This document shows positions 25,961 through 37,929 of a stretch of 64,000 nt of DNA, in pieces (the first letter of the stretch is position 1; every line of letters begins with the position of its first letter). The stretch is from Leucoraja ocellata (Eukaryota): the NCBI GenBank assembly GCA_036785375.1, contig JAWMAR010000558.1:806001-870000 (forward strand), read 5' to 3'. The notes under the pieces are model-generated. The model was not told the DNA's origin. It made no database searches and saw nothing but the letters and a program-made list of their open reading frames with translations. The translations under genes and the position numbers were made by a program.

Positions 25961-26309
25961 TGAGGGGATACTTTGATGGCAGAGTCTTACTTATTAGGGC
26001 ACATTTAAATATGAATGTTGGAGAGGTGAAAATAGGCACACCGGCAATTTCTCCTTGCATGAAGATATAGAAGGAAATAATAGGTAGCTGAAATGTGTTG
26101 ATGAATGCAGAGTTCAGCAATAACATAGAACATAATGCTTTCTAATTGTTGTTCTTGCTTTAGAAGGATATTTATTTTTGCAACCCTTCGCACTATTTTC
26201 AAGTTGAAGTTGCAGTGAGATCAAGTTAGCTTCATGAATGTTTCTGAATTTCTCTCCTCCTGTACTCCGGGCATAGCTGAATCAATCATAAAAAAGTGTT
26301 TCCCTCTAC

Positions 26310-26608
26310 CAATACTCTCCTCCACCAAGCAGAGCTGGTCCTTACTCAACAACTTCCCCTTCGAATCCTCACACTTCCTCCAGATCCAAGGCATAGCTAT
26401 GGGCACTCGTACGGGCCCCAGCTATGCCTGCCTCTTTACAGGGTACGTCGAGCAGTCCATATTCCAGGGGTACCCTGGCCCTACCCCTGAACTCTATCTC
26501 TGCTACATTGACGCCTGCATCTCCAGCACCCTATGCAGAATTCACTGACTTCATTAACTTCATCACTAATTTCCATCCTGCACTCAAATTCACTTTGACC
26601 ATCTCTGA
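26310..26608 (+). mobile_element. Penelope-like element RT fragment
   Basis: LLNNFPFESSHFLQIQGIAMGTRTGPSYACLF...YLCYID and FINFITNFHPALKFT are PLE RT motifs. Confidence 0.85.
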
Positions 26609-26634
26609 AATTCTTTCTGATTCTTTTCCTACAG

Positions 26635-26817
26635 CTGATTACATTACGAACAAACCCAGATGCAGCCACACAAAACAGGCGATTACAATTCACCCAGAAT
26701 CAGAAGAAAGAAGATTCAAAAACATCCACATCTGTAACAAGTGTAAACCAGGCAAATACTTCTCGACTTGAGGGATTTCAGACAGATAATCATCGTCTGC
26801 GGATGAAAATCACAGAG
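26635..26817 (+). CDS. GABBR2: GABA-B receptor subunit 2, exon 16 equivalent (proximal C-tail, start of coiled coil)
   Basis: ttttcctacag acceptor; [61 protein letters not shown]; gtgcta donor; 183 nt. Confidence 0.97.
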
Positions 26818-27107
26818 GTGCTAACTTTGCTCTCAACCATTTCTGCTTTATATCCTCTTTTTTTCCCAACAAACTCTCCAAGCAGTTTCAGATCCAAGCT
26901 GTTGTGACATTTTAGAGCATATCTTTAATGTTTCGAAACTGACAGGAAAATTATTATGAAGATTCATGTAATAGAAAAGGCGGATTACCAGGTAAATTGA
27001 AGAAAAGAGTGAATATATAGGTGCCAAACATTAAATTTCTTACACATTTTACCGTGCAAGTGGACAGTCCCTCATAAAGGAACAAAACAGGAATTCCCTT
27101 AAATATT

Positions 27108-27838
27108 TAAGAAGGAACTGCAGATGCTGGAAAATCGAAGATAGACAAAAATGCTGGAGAAACTCAGCGGTGAGGCAGCATCTATGGAGCGAAGGAAAAG
27201 GCAATGTTTTGGGTCGAGACTCTTCTTCAGACTGATGTAAGGGTGGGGGGGGGGAGCAGGAAGAAGAAAGGAAGAGGAGGAGCCAGTGGGCTGAGGGAGA
27301 GCTGAGAAGGGGAGGAGAAAGTAGGGACTATCTGAAATTAGAGAAGTCCATGTTCATACAGCTGGGATGTAAACTGCCCAAGTGAAATATGAGGTGCTGC
27401 TCCTCCAATTTATGGTGGTCCTCACTGGCCATGGAGGAGGCCCAGGACAGAAAGGTCGGATTCGGAATGGGAGGAGGAGTTGGAGTGTTGAGCCACCGGG
27501 AGATCAGGTTGGTTATTGCGAACCGAGCGGAGGTGTTTGGCGAAGCGATCGCCAAGCCTACACTTGGTCTCACCGATGTAGAACAGCTGACATCTAGAGC
27601 AGCGGATGCACTAGATGAGGTTGGAGGAGGTGCAGGTGAACCTCTGTCGCACCTGGAAAGACTGCTTGGGTCCTTGAATGGAGTCAAGGGGGGAGGTAAA
27701 GTGAGGTTCGTCCCTTCCCACCCGAACCACCCCCTCTCCGGGTACTTTCCCTTACAACCGCAAGAAATGCTACACGTGTCGCTTTACCTCCCCCCTTGAC
27801 TCCATTCAAGGACCCAAGCAGCCTTTCCAGGTGCGGCA
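27108..27838 (-). mobile_element. Penelope-like element 3' part with inverted 5' segment
   Basis: GIY-YIG remnant, KLEEQHLIFHLGSLHP C-terminus, and a terminal region shared with 47485 and 59670. Confidence 0.85.
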
Positions 27839-28349
27839 CTCCACCCTTTTGTAATACCCATGAATCTTAATCTGATGGATCAGCCGACAATGGGGAACTT
27901 TATCAAATGCGTTAGTAAAATTCATGTAGCCACCATGTACTACCTTTTATATATATTTGTGGAACATGGATATTCTTTCCGAATAAATTATTTTCAGGCA
28001 TTATTTTTTTGTCAGTTTATTTAAAGTAGTTCTGCTGCAATTTGTGTCCATTAGAATTGGTTCAATGAACGTGGCAACTTAATATCTACTTAATTGACTT
28101 AAGCCATAATACAGACCAAAATAAGAATCTATGAGTGGAATTCATGAATTTACGATGGGCTCTGAAGAATGGAAAATACCAACTCTTGTCAATAAGGTGG
28201 ACACAGCAGAAGCTGTAATTAAATATCTTGAAACATCCATTGCATGGCAGCCCTTCTATGTTCCCAGTGGAGGAAAGCTCACTGGATTTTACACAGGCAT
28301 AATTGAGTTTAAAGAATATTCACTGAAGATGCACCACTTCCCTTTACAG

Positions 28350-28479
28350 CTTGACAAGGAACTTGAGGAGGTTACCATGCAACTACAAGACACGCCTGAA
28401 AAAGCACAGTACGTTAAGCAAAATCATATTCAGGAGCTCAATAATATCCTGAGCATACGGAACTTCACAGATGGAAAAG
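28350..28479 (+). CDS. GABBR2: GABA-B receptor subunit 2, exon 17 equivalent (coiled coil)
   Basis: ccctttacag acceptor; [43 protein letters not shown]+G; gtaagc donor; 130 nt, ends in phase 1. Confidence 0.97.
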
Positions 28480-30519
28480 GTAAGCCCATCTGTCTTTAAT
28501 ACCCTTAGAAAAATTAGTGACTCATCAAAGATGGAGCCAGTGGGCTTTTAAGATTGTTTAATAGCTTCTCATGTACTATGGAAAACAATGGGTGTTGGCT
28601 TATATTTGCCACAAGTGACGATATTTAATCCAATTTGCCTGAAAGACTCTTTACTGAAGTTAACGTTAGAAATTTCAAATCCAAAATGTAGGACATTGGA
28701 TATATTATCTGAAGCATTTGATTCCAGTATAGATTAATTGCATTCTGAGTCTGGTTGATCTCAAGTATTTTACAGGATAGCAAATGAAGCATGAAACCAT
28801 CATAAAAGAATTGAAGACATCAACATCTTTTCCTAATGTTTGTCTTCTGTACTGTTGCATTACTGAGGAATTGTAATAGTATTGAGATACAAGGAGTTAT
28901 GAATCAGAATTCACCAAATAGGAATATATTCAGTTGGTATAAGAAGAATAAAAGAGGACCTGTAGTTACCTTCCCTTATTCTGTTTTCTTAGTATGATCA
29001 CCAAGATATTTCCACTGAGGAAATTAAATACATTTTCTAACACTTTAACTAGTGTACATCTTGATTTAGTTGCCATTCCTCTGCTTTCGTTGTCATTAAG
29101 ATTTGGGATTAACACACAGTTTAAGAAATAATCTCCAACATTATCCAAAGATTCCTCATTGGAATCTTTCTTATCACCAAAATGGTGGTTAGAAAGCTTC
29201 CAAAGAGGAAGTAGGTTGAGAGCAAACCTACTTGATTAAAATTCTTTTTTTCAAAGGCACAGAGTACTCTTGGCAGGTATTCCATTTCGCCGTAGCAAAG
29301 ACTGAAAAAGATTGGGTAGTATCTTGTCAGATTTGAGTTTCAACAAGGTTTATTTCACTTATTCCCTTTTTACTGCCTAACTGTTGTTAAGTTTAATTGC
29401 CAAAGGCAACAACTCCACTGTTGCGTGAGACAATAGTTTTCAAATTACTCTTGTGCTTGGAGAGGGGGAGCAGAATGAAATTTCCAGAGTGGTCCTCAAA
29501 GCTGTTTGCCTGTACTTGAAGGTAAGTAAGACATGTAGGTGGATTGCATGCCCTGCTGGATCTCCTGTCAACAGAAGTGTACCTGCAGTTAATCTGCAAA
29601 AATGATTCTGCCATTTGCAACTGTACCATCAAAGCAGCATCGTTTATTCCAGTGACCGTAAGTTAAAACAATGTGTCCAGAATCTGACTGTCTGTGACTG
29701 GGGAAGCTGCAGTCAGCTTATTCTTAATGCAGTTATGGTTTAAAGGGTGCACTTGTGGCATGACTATCACATCTATATTTCATCTTGCAGGGGCGTGGGG
29801 TGGCAGGAGGGGGTGAATGCACAATAAGGATGTGTGATGGCTTGCCATGGTTGAGTAGGCAGAGTGGGCTGCATGGTTGAGGAGCACACAGGAATATTTA
29901 TAGTGAGCGGTTCTGTTGGTCGGTGACTCTCAAATTGCAGCAGGCATAGTTCCTTCACAAGGTTCCTATAGGAGCCACTTTCTTTACTGTCTGTTTCCTG
30001 GTATTACAAAAGGGAGGAGTGGGCAGGGAGCATACCCTAAATGCCAGTTAGGTTATTCTTTACAACTGTTTTCATTTTGCTAATGGTAATGGGAAATGGC
30101 ATGGAGCACATGACATTGCCTGGTAAGATCTATCTTGATGTTATAATAATCATTTGAAATTAGCTTTTCATCTATTTGTCCCTTTCATTTTGTTATAAGA
30201 GCTGCTGTATTCAGCATGCTTAATGGCTGCATCACCTAGAAGCAAAGTATAGAAAATAAAAGACTAGAAATTCAGAACAGAACCTTGCCAAACAAGAGAG
30301 TGAAGATAAAGCAACATCATTCTCGCAGCAATTCAGTGATCCATATTCCAGTCAAGCGAGGTTGTCCTCCAGAACAAAGTTTGGTAAAATTCACCTTGTA
30401 ATCCCAGGTTACCATCACTCCTCCCCTCTCTCACTGATTTCATTTCCCCAACATCCCTTAACCATGCCATACCTCTTAATAACTCTAGATTGAGATTAGA
30501 AATTTAAGTCATGATTAAA

Positions 30520-30990
30520 AAAGATTCAAGGGATAATACGATGCTGTGACTGAGTGAGAGATGTCCGAATGCTGGAGTAGGTGGAGTGGGCTGCTGGAGG
30601 CCCGGAAGCAGCCCGGGGCTCCAGTAGAACAGGTGCCGCTCCAAATGGTTGAGTGAGTAGAACAGATACAGCCGGCAGCAGCATGGAGTGGCAGAGCCAC
30701 GGTGGATGACATCCACACATCGCCTGGCCAGTCAACTCCTGCACCTCTGAACCAGTGCCACTACCAAGGCAATGGGCCTTCATGGCCAAGTTAAGACTAA
30801 CCTTTTTTGAAAATTCGAACTTGCAGGGTACAAAATGGCACACAAACTTTGTGTGTGCTGACTCAGTATGGTCTACTATTTACGCTCTTTTACTTAGTAT
30901 GGTTGTGCCTGACGTATAGTAGGCTTATCACAGATCTGTATGCAAATAGGAACTTCACAGTACTTACTACTATATGACAACATATTACCG
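30520..30990 (+). mobile_element. Probable degenerate SINE-like repeat
   Basis: GC-rich body, aaaatggc motif and decayed Rex1-like tail; loosely similar to 63350-63640. Confidence 0.35.
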
Positions 30991-31997
30991 TTGAACCATT
31001 GTAAGAGAACTGGCAAAAGTATTGTGTTTTAGGAGCAGGTGGTGGATAGATGATCCTTAAGGAGAAGATCTTGAAGCCTAGAAGGTAACAAGTGATTTAG
31101 AAATAATTTAAAATAATATATTTGCTTGAAAATACAATGGAATTAGGTAGGGTAAATGGGAGTAGGGATCTTTAGTGAAACTATACAAAATGTTTCTGCG
31201 TAAATGACAGGAAGCAGAACACATTCAGAAAGCTGCTACAAATTGAAATGTTAAAAAAGTACGTAAGGGCACAGACTGAAACTGCAAAGGACATATTTAG
31301 CAAAGATATCAACACAGGAATAGACTGCAGAACATAGGATTTAAAAAGGCAGAACATTAGCAGCATGACATGCCCAGGCCTATATTCAGATAGCTCAAAT
31401 CAATTTATTTCTGTCATTTTCTGCTAAGTTGCACCCACTAAAAGGAGACTAAGTGGCAATGACAATTTCCAGTGGCAGGAACCCAGCTGATTCCATTGCA
31501 AATCTAGCCAGCAGCTAAGGCTGCTTGTGGGGATAGTGGGAATGCTGTTGCTGTGAACCTGGGTGCAGAAGGTTGTAAAGTTTTCCATTGCCTTTGGCTT
31601 GTCCCAATCGGCATACGCTTGCAATAGCCAGCATTGATTATTACCTGAATTTAGACTTGGCAGTAATTGAACTCTTTACCAGGAAGCAGTAACTGGATGA
31701 TGTAGATATTTTTAGTTAGGACTGGAATATTGGCTTCCTACTGATATTAATTAATACTTTTGTTTGTGATTGTGAACGTAGGTTTATTAATGCAATCAAT
31801 TCTAAGGCTGTAATTTAGCCACAGAGGTCACAGGTGTGACACCTATTGTGTCCTTTGCTAACATCTATGATTATTAATGATCTCCATGAACTTTAAAACT
31901 GTTAGAAAAAATATCTAAAATTATAAATCAATTTACTAGAGGAACTCAGTATGTCAGGCAGCATCCATAGAGGGAAGGGAACAGTCAATAATTTGGC

Positions 31998-34360
31998 ATA
32001 GAAAACACAGAAAAATAGGTGCAGGAAGGAGTATGCCATTTGGCCCTTCAAGCCAGCACCGCCACTCAATATGATCATGGCTGATCATCTAAAATCAGTA
32101 CCCGTTCCTGCCTTTTCCCCAAATCTCTTAATTCAGTTAGCCCTAACAGCTAAATCTAACTCTCTCTTGAAAACATCCAGTGAATTGGCCTCCACTGCCT
32201 TCTGTGGCAGAAAATTCCACAGATTCACAACCCTCTGGGTGAAGATGTTTTTCCTCATCACAGTCCTAAAAAGCCTACCCCTTATTCTTAAACTGTGACC
32301 CCTGGCTCTGGACTACCCCAACATCGGGAACATTTTTCATGCATCTAACCTGTCTAATCTTTCTAAATTCCAGTTAATACAAGCCCAGTCAACCCCTTCT
32401 TTCATCTTATGTCAGTACTGCCATATAACCATATATAACCATATAACAATTACAGGACGGAAACAGGCCATCTCGGCCCTACAAGTCCGTGCTATGCCGT
32501 GCCGTGCCATCCTGGGAATTAACCTGGTGAACCTACGCTGCACTCCCTCAATAGCAAAAATGTCCTTCCTCAAATTAGGAGACACAAAATTGCACACAAT
32601 ATTCCAGGTGCGGTCTCACCAGGACCCTCTACAACTGCAGTAGGACCCCCTTGCTCTTAAACTCAAACCCCCTTGCAATCAAGGCCAACATGCTATTAAC
32701 TTTCTTCACTGCCTACGTGCATGCTTACTTTCAGTGACTGATTTACAAGCACACCCAGGTCTCGTTGCACCTCCCCTTTTCCTAATTTGACACCATTCAG
32801 ATAATAATCTGCCTTCCTGCTCTTGCCACCAAAGGGAATAACCTCACATTTATCCACATTATGCTAGATTTGCCATGCATCTGCCCACTCACCCAATCTA
32901 TCCAAGTCACCCTGCAGCCTCATAGCATCCTCATCACAGGTCACACTGCCACCCAGCTTTGTGTCATCTGCAAACATGAAGATGTCACATTTAATTCCTT
33001 CGCATAAATCGTTAAAATATATTGTAAATAATTGGGGTCCCAGCACCGAGCCTTGCAGCACCCCACTAGTCACTGCCTGCCATTTTGTAAAGGACCCATT
33101 AATCCCTTCTCTTTGCTTCCTGTCTGACAATCAGTTCTCTATCCATGTCAATACCCTACCCCCAATACCATGTGCTCTAATTTTACACAATAATCTCTTG
33201 TGTGGGACCTTGTCAAAGGCTTTTTGAAAGTCCAGGTACACCACATCCACTGGCTCTCCCTTATCCATTCTACTTGTTACATTCTCAAAAAATTCCATGC
33301 TGACTTTTATCGATCCTGTCAATGCTTTCCAAATGTGTTGCTTTAACATCCTACACAATCAACTCAAGCATCTTCCCCACTACAGATGTACTGGTCTATA
33401 ATTCCCCGCTTTCTCTCTCCCTCCTTTCTTAAAAAGTGGAGTTACATTGGCTACCCTCCATCCACAGAAACTAATTCAGATTCGAGAGAACATTGGAAAA
33501 TGATCACTGATGCATCCACGATTGCTCGGGCCACCTCCTTGAGTACTCTGGGATGCAGACCATCAGGCCCTCGGGATTTATCTGCCTTCAGTCCCAACAG
33601 TTTACCTAACCCCATTTCCTGACTAATGTAGATTTCCTTCAGTTCCTCCCTCCTACTGGACCCTTGATCCCCCAGTATTTTTGGGAGATTGTTTGTGTTT
33701 CCCTTAGTGAACTTAGTACTCCCTAAATACTCATTTAACTGTTCTGCCATTTCTTTGTTTCCCACTATAAATTCACCTGTTTCTGATTGTAAGGGACCTG
33801 CATTTGTCTTCATTAATCTTTTCCTTTTTACATATCTAAAGGAGCTTTGAGTGAGACGCCTTCCCCATTTTATTTTTTCACCTGGCAGAGGTGAACAATT
33901 TTTGGAGTTCATCCATGCAGTCTTTAAATCTTTGCCTTTGCATCTACACCGTCAACCCTTTAAGTATCATTTGCCAGTCAATCCTAGCCAATTCCCATCT
34001 CATACCTTCAAAGTCTCCTTCCTTTAAGGTCAGGTCCCTAGTCTCTGAATTAACCGTGTCACTCTCCATCCTGATGCAGAATTCCACCATATTATGGTCA
34101 CGGTTGCCCAAGGGGCTTTGTACAACAAGATTGTTAACTAATCCTTCCCTATTACACAATGCCCAGTCTAGGATGGCCTGTCCTCTAATCGGTTCTTCTA
34201 CATATTGATTTTTTTAAGCTATCCTGTATCCAGAAAATTATCCTCCTCAGCACTGCTACCAATTTGGTTGGCCCAATCTATATGTAGATTAAAGTCACCC
34301 ATGATAACCACTGTACCTTTGCTACACGCATCCCTAATTTCTTGCTTGATGCTATCCCCA
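31998..34360 (-). mobile_element. Decayed CR1 LINE (end of APE through RT to 3' tail)
   Basis: Minus-strand ORFs with [35 protein letters not shown] and FADDTKLGG; many frameshifts. Confidence 0.92.
32425..32505 (-). mobile_element. Very short insertion of the young CR1 3' end
   Basis: Near identical to 16374-16437; flanked by gccat at 32420-32424 and 32506-32510. Confidence 0.85.
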
Positions 34361-37259
34361 ACCCTTTTCCCAATAAAACTCACTTTATTAACCATTATTT
34401 CTACTCTGCCATCTAATTGTTTAGCTATTTTGTCTCACTCTGAAAGTTGTAATACTGTGATTTTGAGTTTACAATCTCTCTGGATCACCTGCCCCTCCAC
34501 TCATCCAACTCTCCCCACCGCCCCCTCCCCCCCAATAAGTCTGAAGAAGGGTCCCGACACAAAATGTCAACTATCCATGTTCTCCAGAGAAACTGCCTGA
34601 CTCGTTGACTAACTCCAGCACTTTCTGTACTTTTTGAACAAACAGTACACAAGGCAGGTGCCATCCAACTTTGCCCTGTCTGCTTAGGGGCTTCTGCTCT
34701 TGGTCTGATGGCCCTAGAAGGAACAACTTAATTGTGAGATGTTGTAAACATCAGTGCATTAGATTCAAACGGTCATATTCTGGAGAATACAAGGTTTAAT
34801 ACAAAGCACAGGCAGACTTTACTCAGAACTGCTGTGGATTTGGAAGCAACGGCAACAAAGATAAGCAGGAGAAAACACTGATTGGCTCTAGCCCAAGTGG
34901 GAGGAGAGAAGTGAGTCAGAGGGGGGAAAACAGTTGAAAACTGAGGAATTTGGTTTGTAAATTGGTAAATTTATCAGTCAATATAAGCAAGATGGCTCTT
35001 AGGGAGCGGCAGTGAGTAAGTGAGTGGCCGGCCTTGTGGGGGAAGTGCCCTGTAAGTAAAGTGTGAGTCTTTGGTGAGGAGTGTAAAGTGTGAGTCTTTG
35101 GTGAGGAGGCTGAGGAGAGGAGGCTACGCAAAATGCTGGAGAGGCAGGAACGAAAGAAGGAGATGTCAGGCAAGCTGATTCAGTGCGATGCTTGCAGTAC
35201 GTGGGAGGTCAAGGACACCGCTGGTGCTTCTAGCTTCTACAAATGCGAGAAGTGCATCCAGGTAGAGCTCCTGAAGGACCGTGTTGGGGAACTGGAGAAG
35301 CAAGTGGATGACCTCAGGTTCGTCCGAGAAACTGAGTCGTTCCTCGACAAGTCCTACAGTAAGATTGTTACACCTAAGGTACTGGAAGAGAGAAGGTGGG
35401 TGACGGTGAACAAGGGAGGGAAGCATGGAATACAAACGTCCCTGGGTGTTGTACTCTTGTGAACAGGTTCACCCACTTAGAAGCTGTCAGGACAGAAGTC
35501 GGACGGACTGAGCGGCAGACTCGGGTGCAAAGCAAAAAGGGCTGTTGAGCGCTTTGGGGAACTGGAGGTTCCAAAGAGGCCAACATCAGGCAAGGGGAGA
35601 CTCCATTGTGAGAGGTACGGACAAGGGTTTCTGCGGCAACCTTTAAGGTCAGGTCCCTAGTCTCTGAATTAACCGTGTCACTCTCCATCCTGATGCAGAA
35701 TTCCACCATATTATGGTCACGGTTGCCCAAGGGGCTTTGTACAACAAGATTGTTAACTAATCCTTCCCTATTACACAATACCCAGTCTAGGATGGCCTGT
35801 CCTCTAATCGGTTCTTCTACATATTGATTTTTTTAAGCTATCCTGTATCCAGAAAATTATCCTCCTCAGCACTGCTACCAATTTGGTTGGCCCAATCTAT
35901 ATGTAGATTAAAGTCACACATGATAACCACTGTATCTTTGCTACACGCATCCCTAATTTCTTGCTTGATGCTATCCCCAACCCTTTTCCCAATAAAACTC
36001 ACTTTATTAACCATTATTTCTACTCTGCCATCTAATTGTTTAGCTATTTTGTCTCACTCTGAAAGTTGTAATACTGTGATTTTGAGTTTACAATCTCTCT
36101 GGATCACCTGCCCCTCCACTCATCCAACTCTCCCCACCGCCCCCTCCCCCCCAATAAGTCTGAAGAAGGGTCCCGACACAAAACGTCAACTATCCATGTT
36201 CTCCAGAGAAACTGCCTGACTCGTTGACTAACTCCAGCACTTTCTGTACTTTTTGAACAAACAGTACACAAGGCAGGTGCCATCCAACTTTGCCCTGTCT
36301 GCTTAGGGGCTTCTGCTCTTGGTCTGATGGCCCTAGAAGGAACAACTTAATTGTGAGATGTTGTAAACATCAGTGCATTAGATTCAAACGGTCATATTCT
36401 GGAGAATACAAGGTTTAATACAAAGCACAGGCAGACTTTACTCAGAACTGCTGTGGATTTGGAAGCAACGGCAACAAAGATAAGCAGGAGAAAACACTGA
36501 TTGGCTCTAGCCCAAGTGGGAGGAGAGAAGTGAGTCAGAGGGGGGAAAACAGTTGAAAACTGAGGAATTTGGTTTGTAAATTGGTAAATTTATCAGTCAA
36601 TATAAGCAAGATGGCTCTTAGGGAGCGGCAGTGAGTAAGTGAGTGGCCGGCCTTGTGGGGGAAGTGCCCTGTAAGTAAAGTGTGAGTCTTTGGTGAGGAG
36701 TGTAAAGTGTGAGTCTTTGGTGAGGAGGCTGAGGAGAGGAGGCTACGCAAAATGCTGGAGAGGCAGGAACGAAAGAAGGAGATGTCAGGCAAGCTGATTC
36801 AGTGCGATGCTTGCAGTACGTGGGAGGTCAAGGACACCGCTGGTGCTTCTAGCTTCTACAAATGCGAGAAGTGCATCCAGGTAGAGCTCCTGAAGGACCG
36901 TGTTGGGGAACTGGAGAAGCAAGTGGATGACCTCAGGTTCGTCCGAGAAACTGAGTCGTTCCTCGACAAGTCCTACAGTAAGATTGTTACACCTAAGGTA
37001 CTGGAAGAGAGAAGGTGGGTGACGGTGAACAAGGGAGGGAAGCATGGAATACAAACGTCCCTGGGTGTTGTACTCTTGTGAACAGGTTCACCCACTTAGA
37101 AGCTGTCAGGACAGAAGTCGGACGGACTGAGCGGCAGACTCGGGTGCAAAGCAAAAAGGGCTGTTGAGCGCTTTGGGGAACTGGAGGTTCCAAAGAGGCC
37201 AACATCAGGCAAGGGGAGACTCCATTGTGAGAGGTACGGACAAGGGTTTCTGCGGCAAC
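34021..37259. repeat. 1619-bp tandem duplication (34021-35639 / 35640-37258)
   Basis: Paired ORFs offset by exactly 1619 nt; about four substitutions seen by eye. Confidence 0.95.
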
Positions 37260-37708
37260 AGACGGGATTCGAGGATGGTGTCTGCCTTCCTGGTGCCAGG
37301 ATCCAGGATGTCATAGACAGAGTGCAGAAAATCTTCAAGGGCGAAGGTGAACAGCCGGAAGTGGTAGTGCATGTCGACACAAACGATGTCGGAAAGAAGG
37401 GGATGAATATTCTGCAGCGTGACTTCAGAGAGCTCGGAAAAATGCTGAAAAGCAGAACCTCCAGGGTTGTTATCTCCAGGTTGCTTCCAGTTCCATGTGC
37501 TGGCGAGAGCAGGAACAGGGAGATACGGGACCTTAATGTGTGGCTGAGGAACTGGTGCACGGGGCAGGGATTTAGATTCTTAGATCACTGGGATCTGTTT
37601 TGGAGTAAGGGAGAACTGTACAAAAGGGACGGATTGCATCTTAACAGGTGGGGGACCAGCATTCTGGCAGGCAGGTTTGCCACTGCTCCACAGGTGGCTT
37701 TAAACTGA
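36782..37708 (+). pseudogene. CR1 ORF1 (zinc finger, leucine zipper, esterase), disrupted
   Basis: MSGKLIQCDAC...CEKC in one frame, esterase motifs in downstream frames. Confidence 0.85.
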
Positions 37709-37929
37709 ATGGGGGGTGGGGTGTCGAATGGGATAGTGGAGGATGGAGTTAAAGGGAAAGGGTTTCTTAAATGTGTGAGTGTAGAGACAGAGGGGTGTAA
37801 AATGAGGGTAGAAGCAATAGATAGCAAGGTAAAAAGTAAAAGTGGCAGGTAGACAAATCCAGGGCAAAAATCAAAAAGGGCCACTTTTCACCATAATTAC
37901 ATAAGGGGTAAGAGTGTTGTAAAAACAAG

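Noticed and set aside
28131-28499. 122-aa ORF as a single exon (likewise the ORF extension past 25858)
   Set aside because: Only 28350-28479 is GABBR2-like and is bounded by AG/GT; the rest is open intron frame
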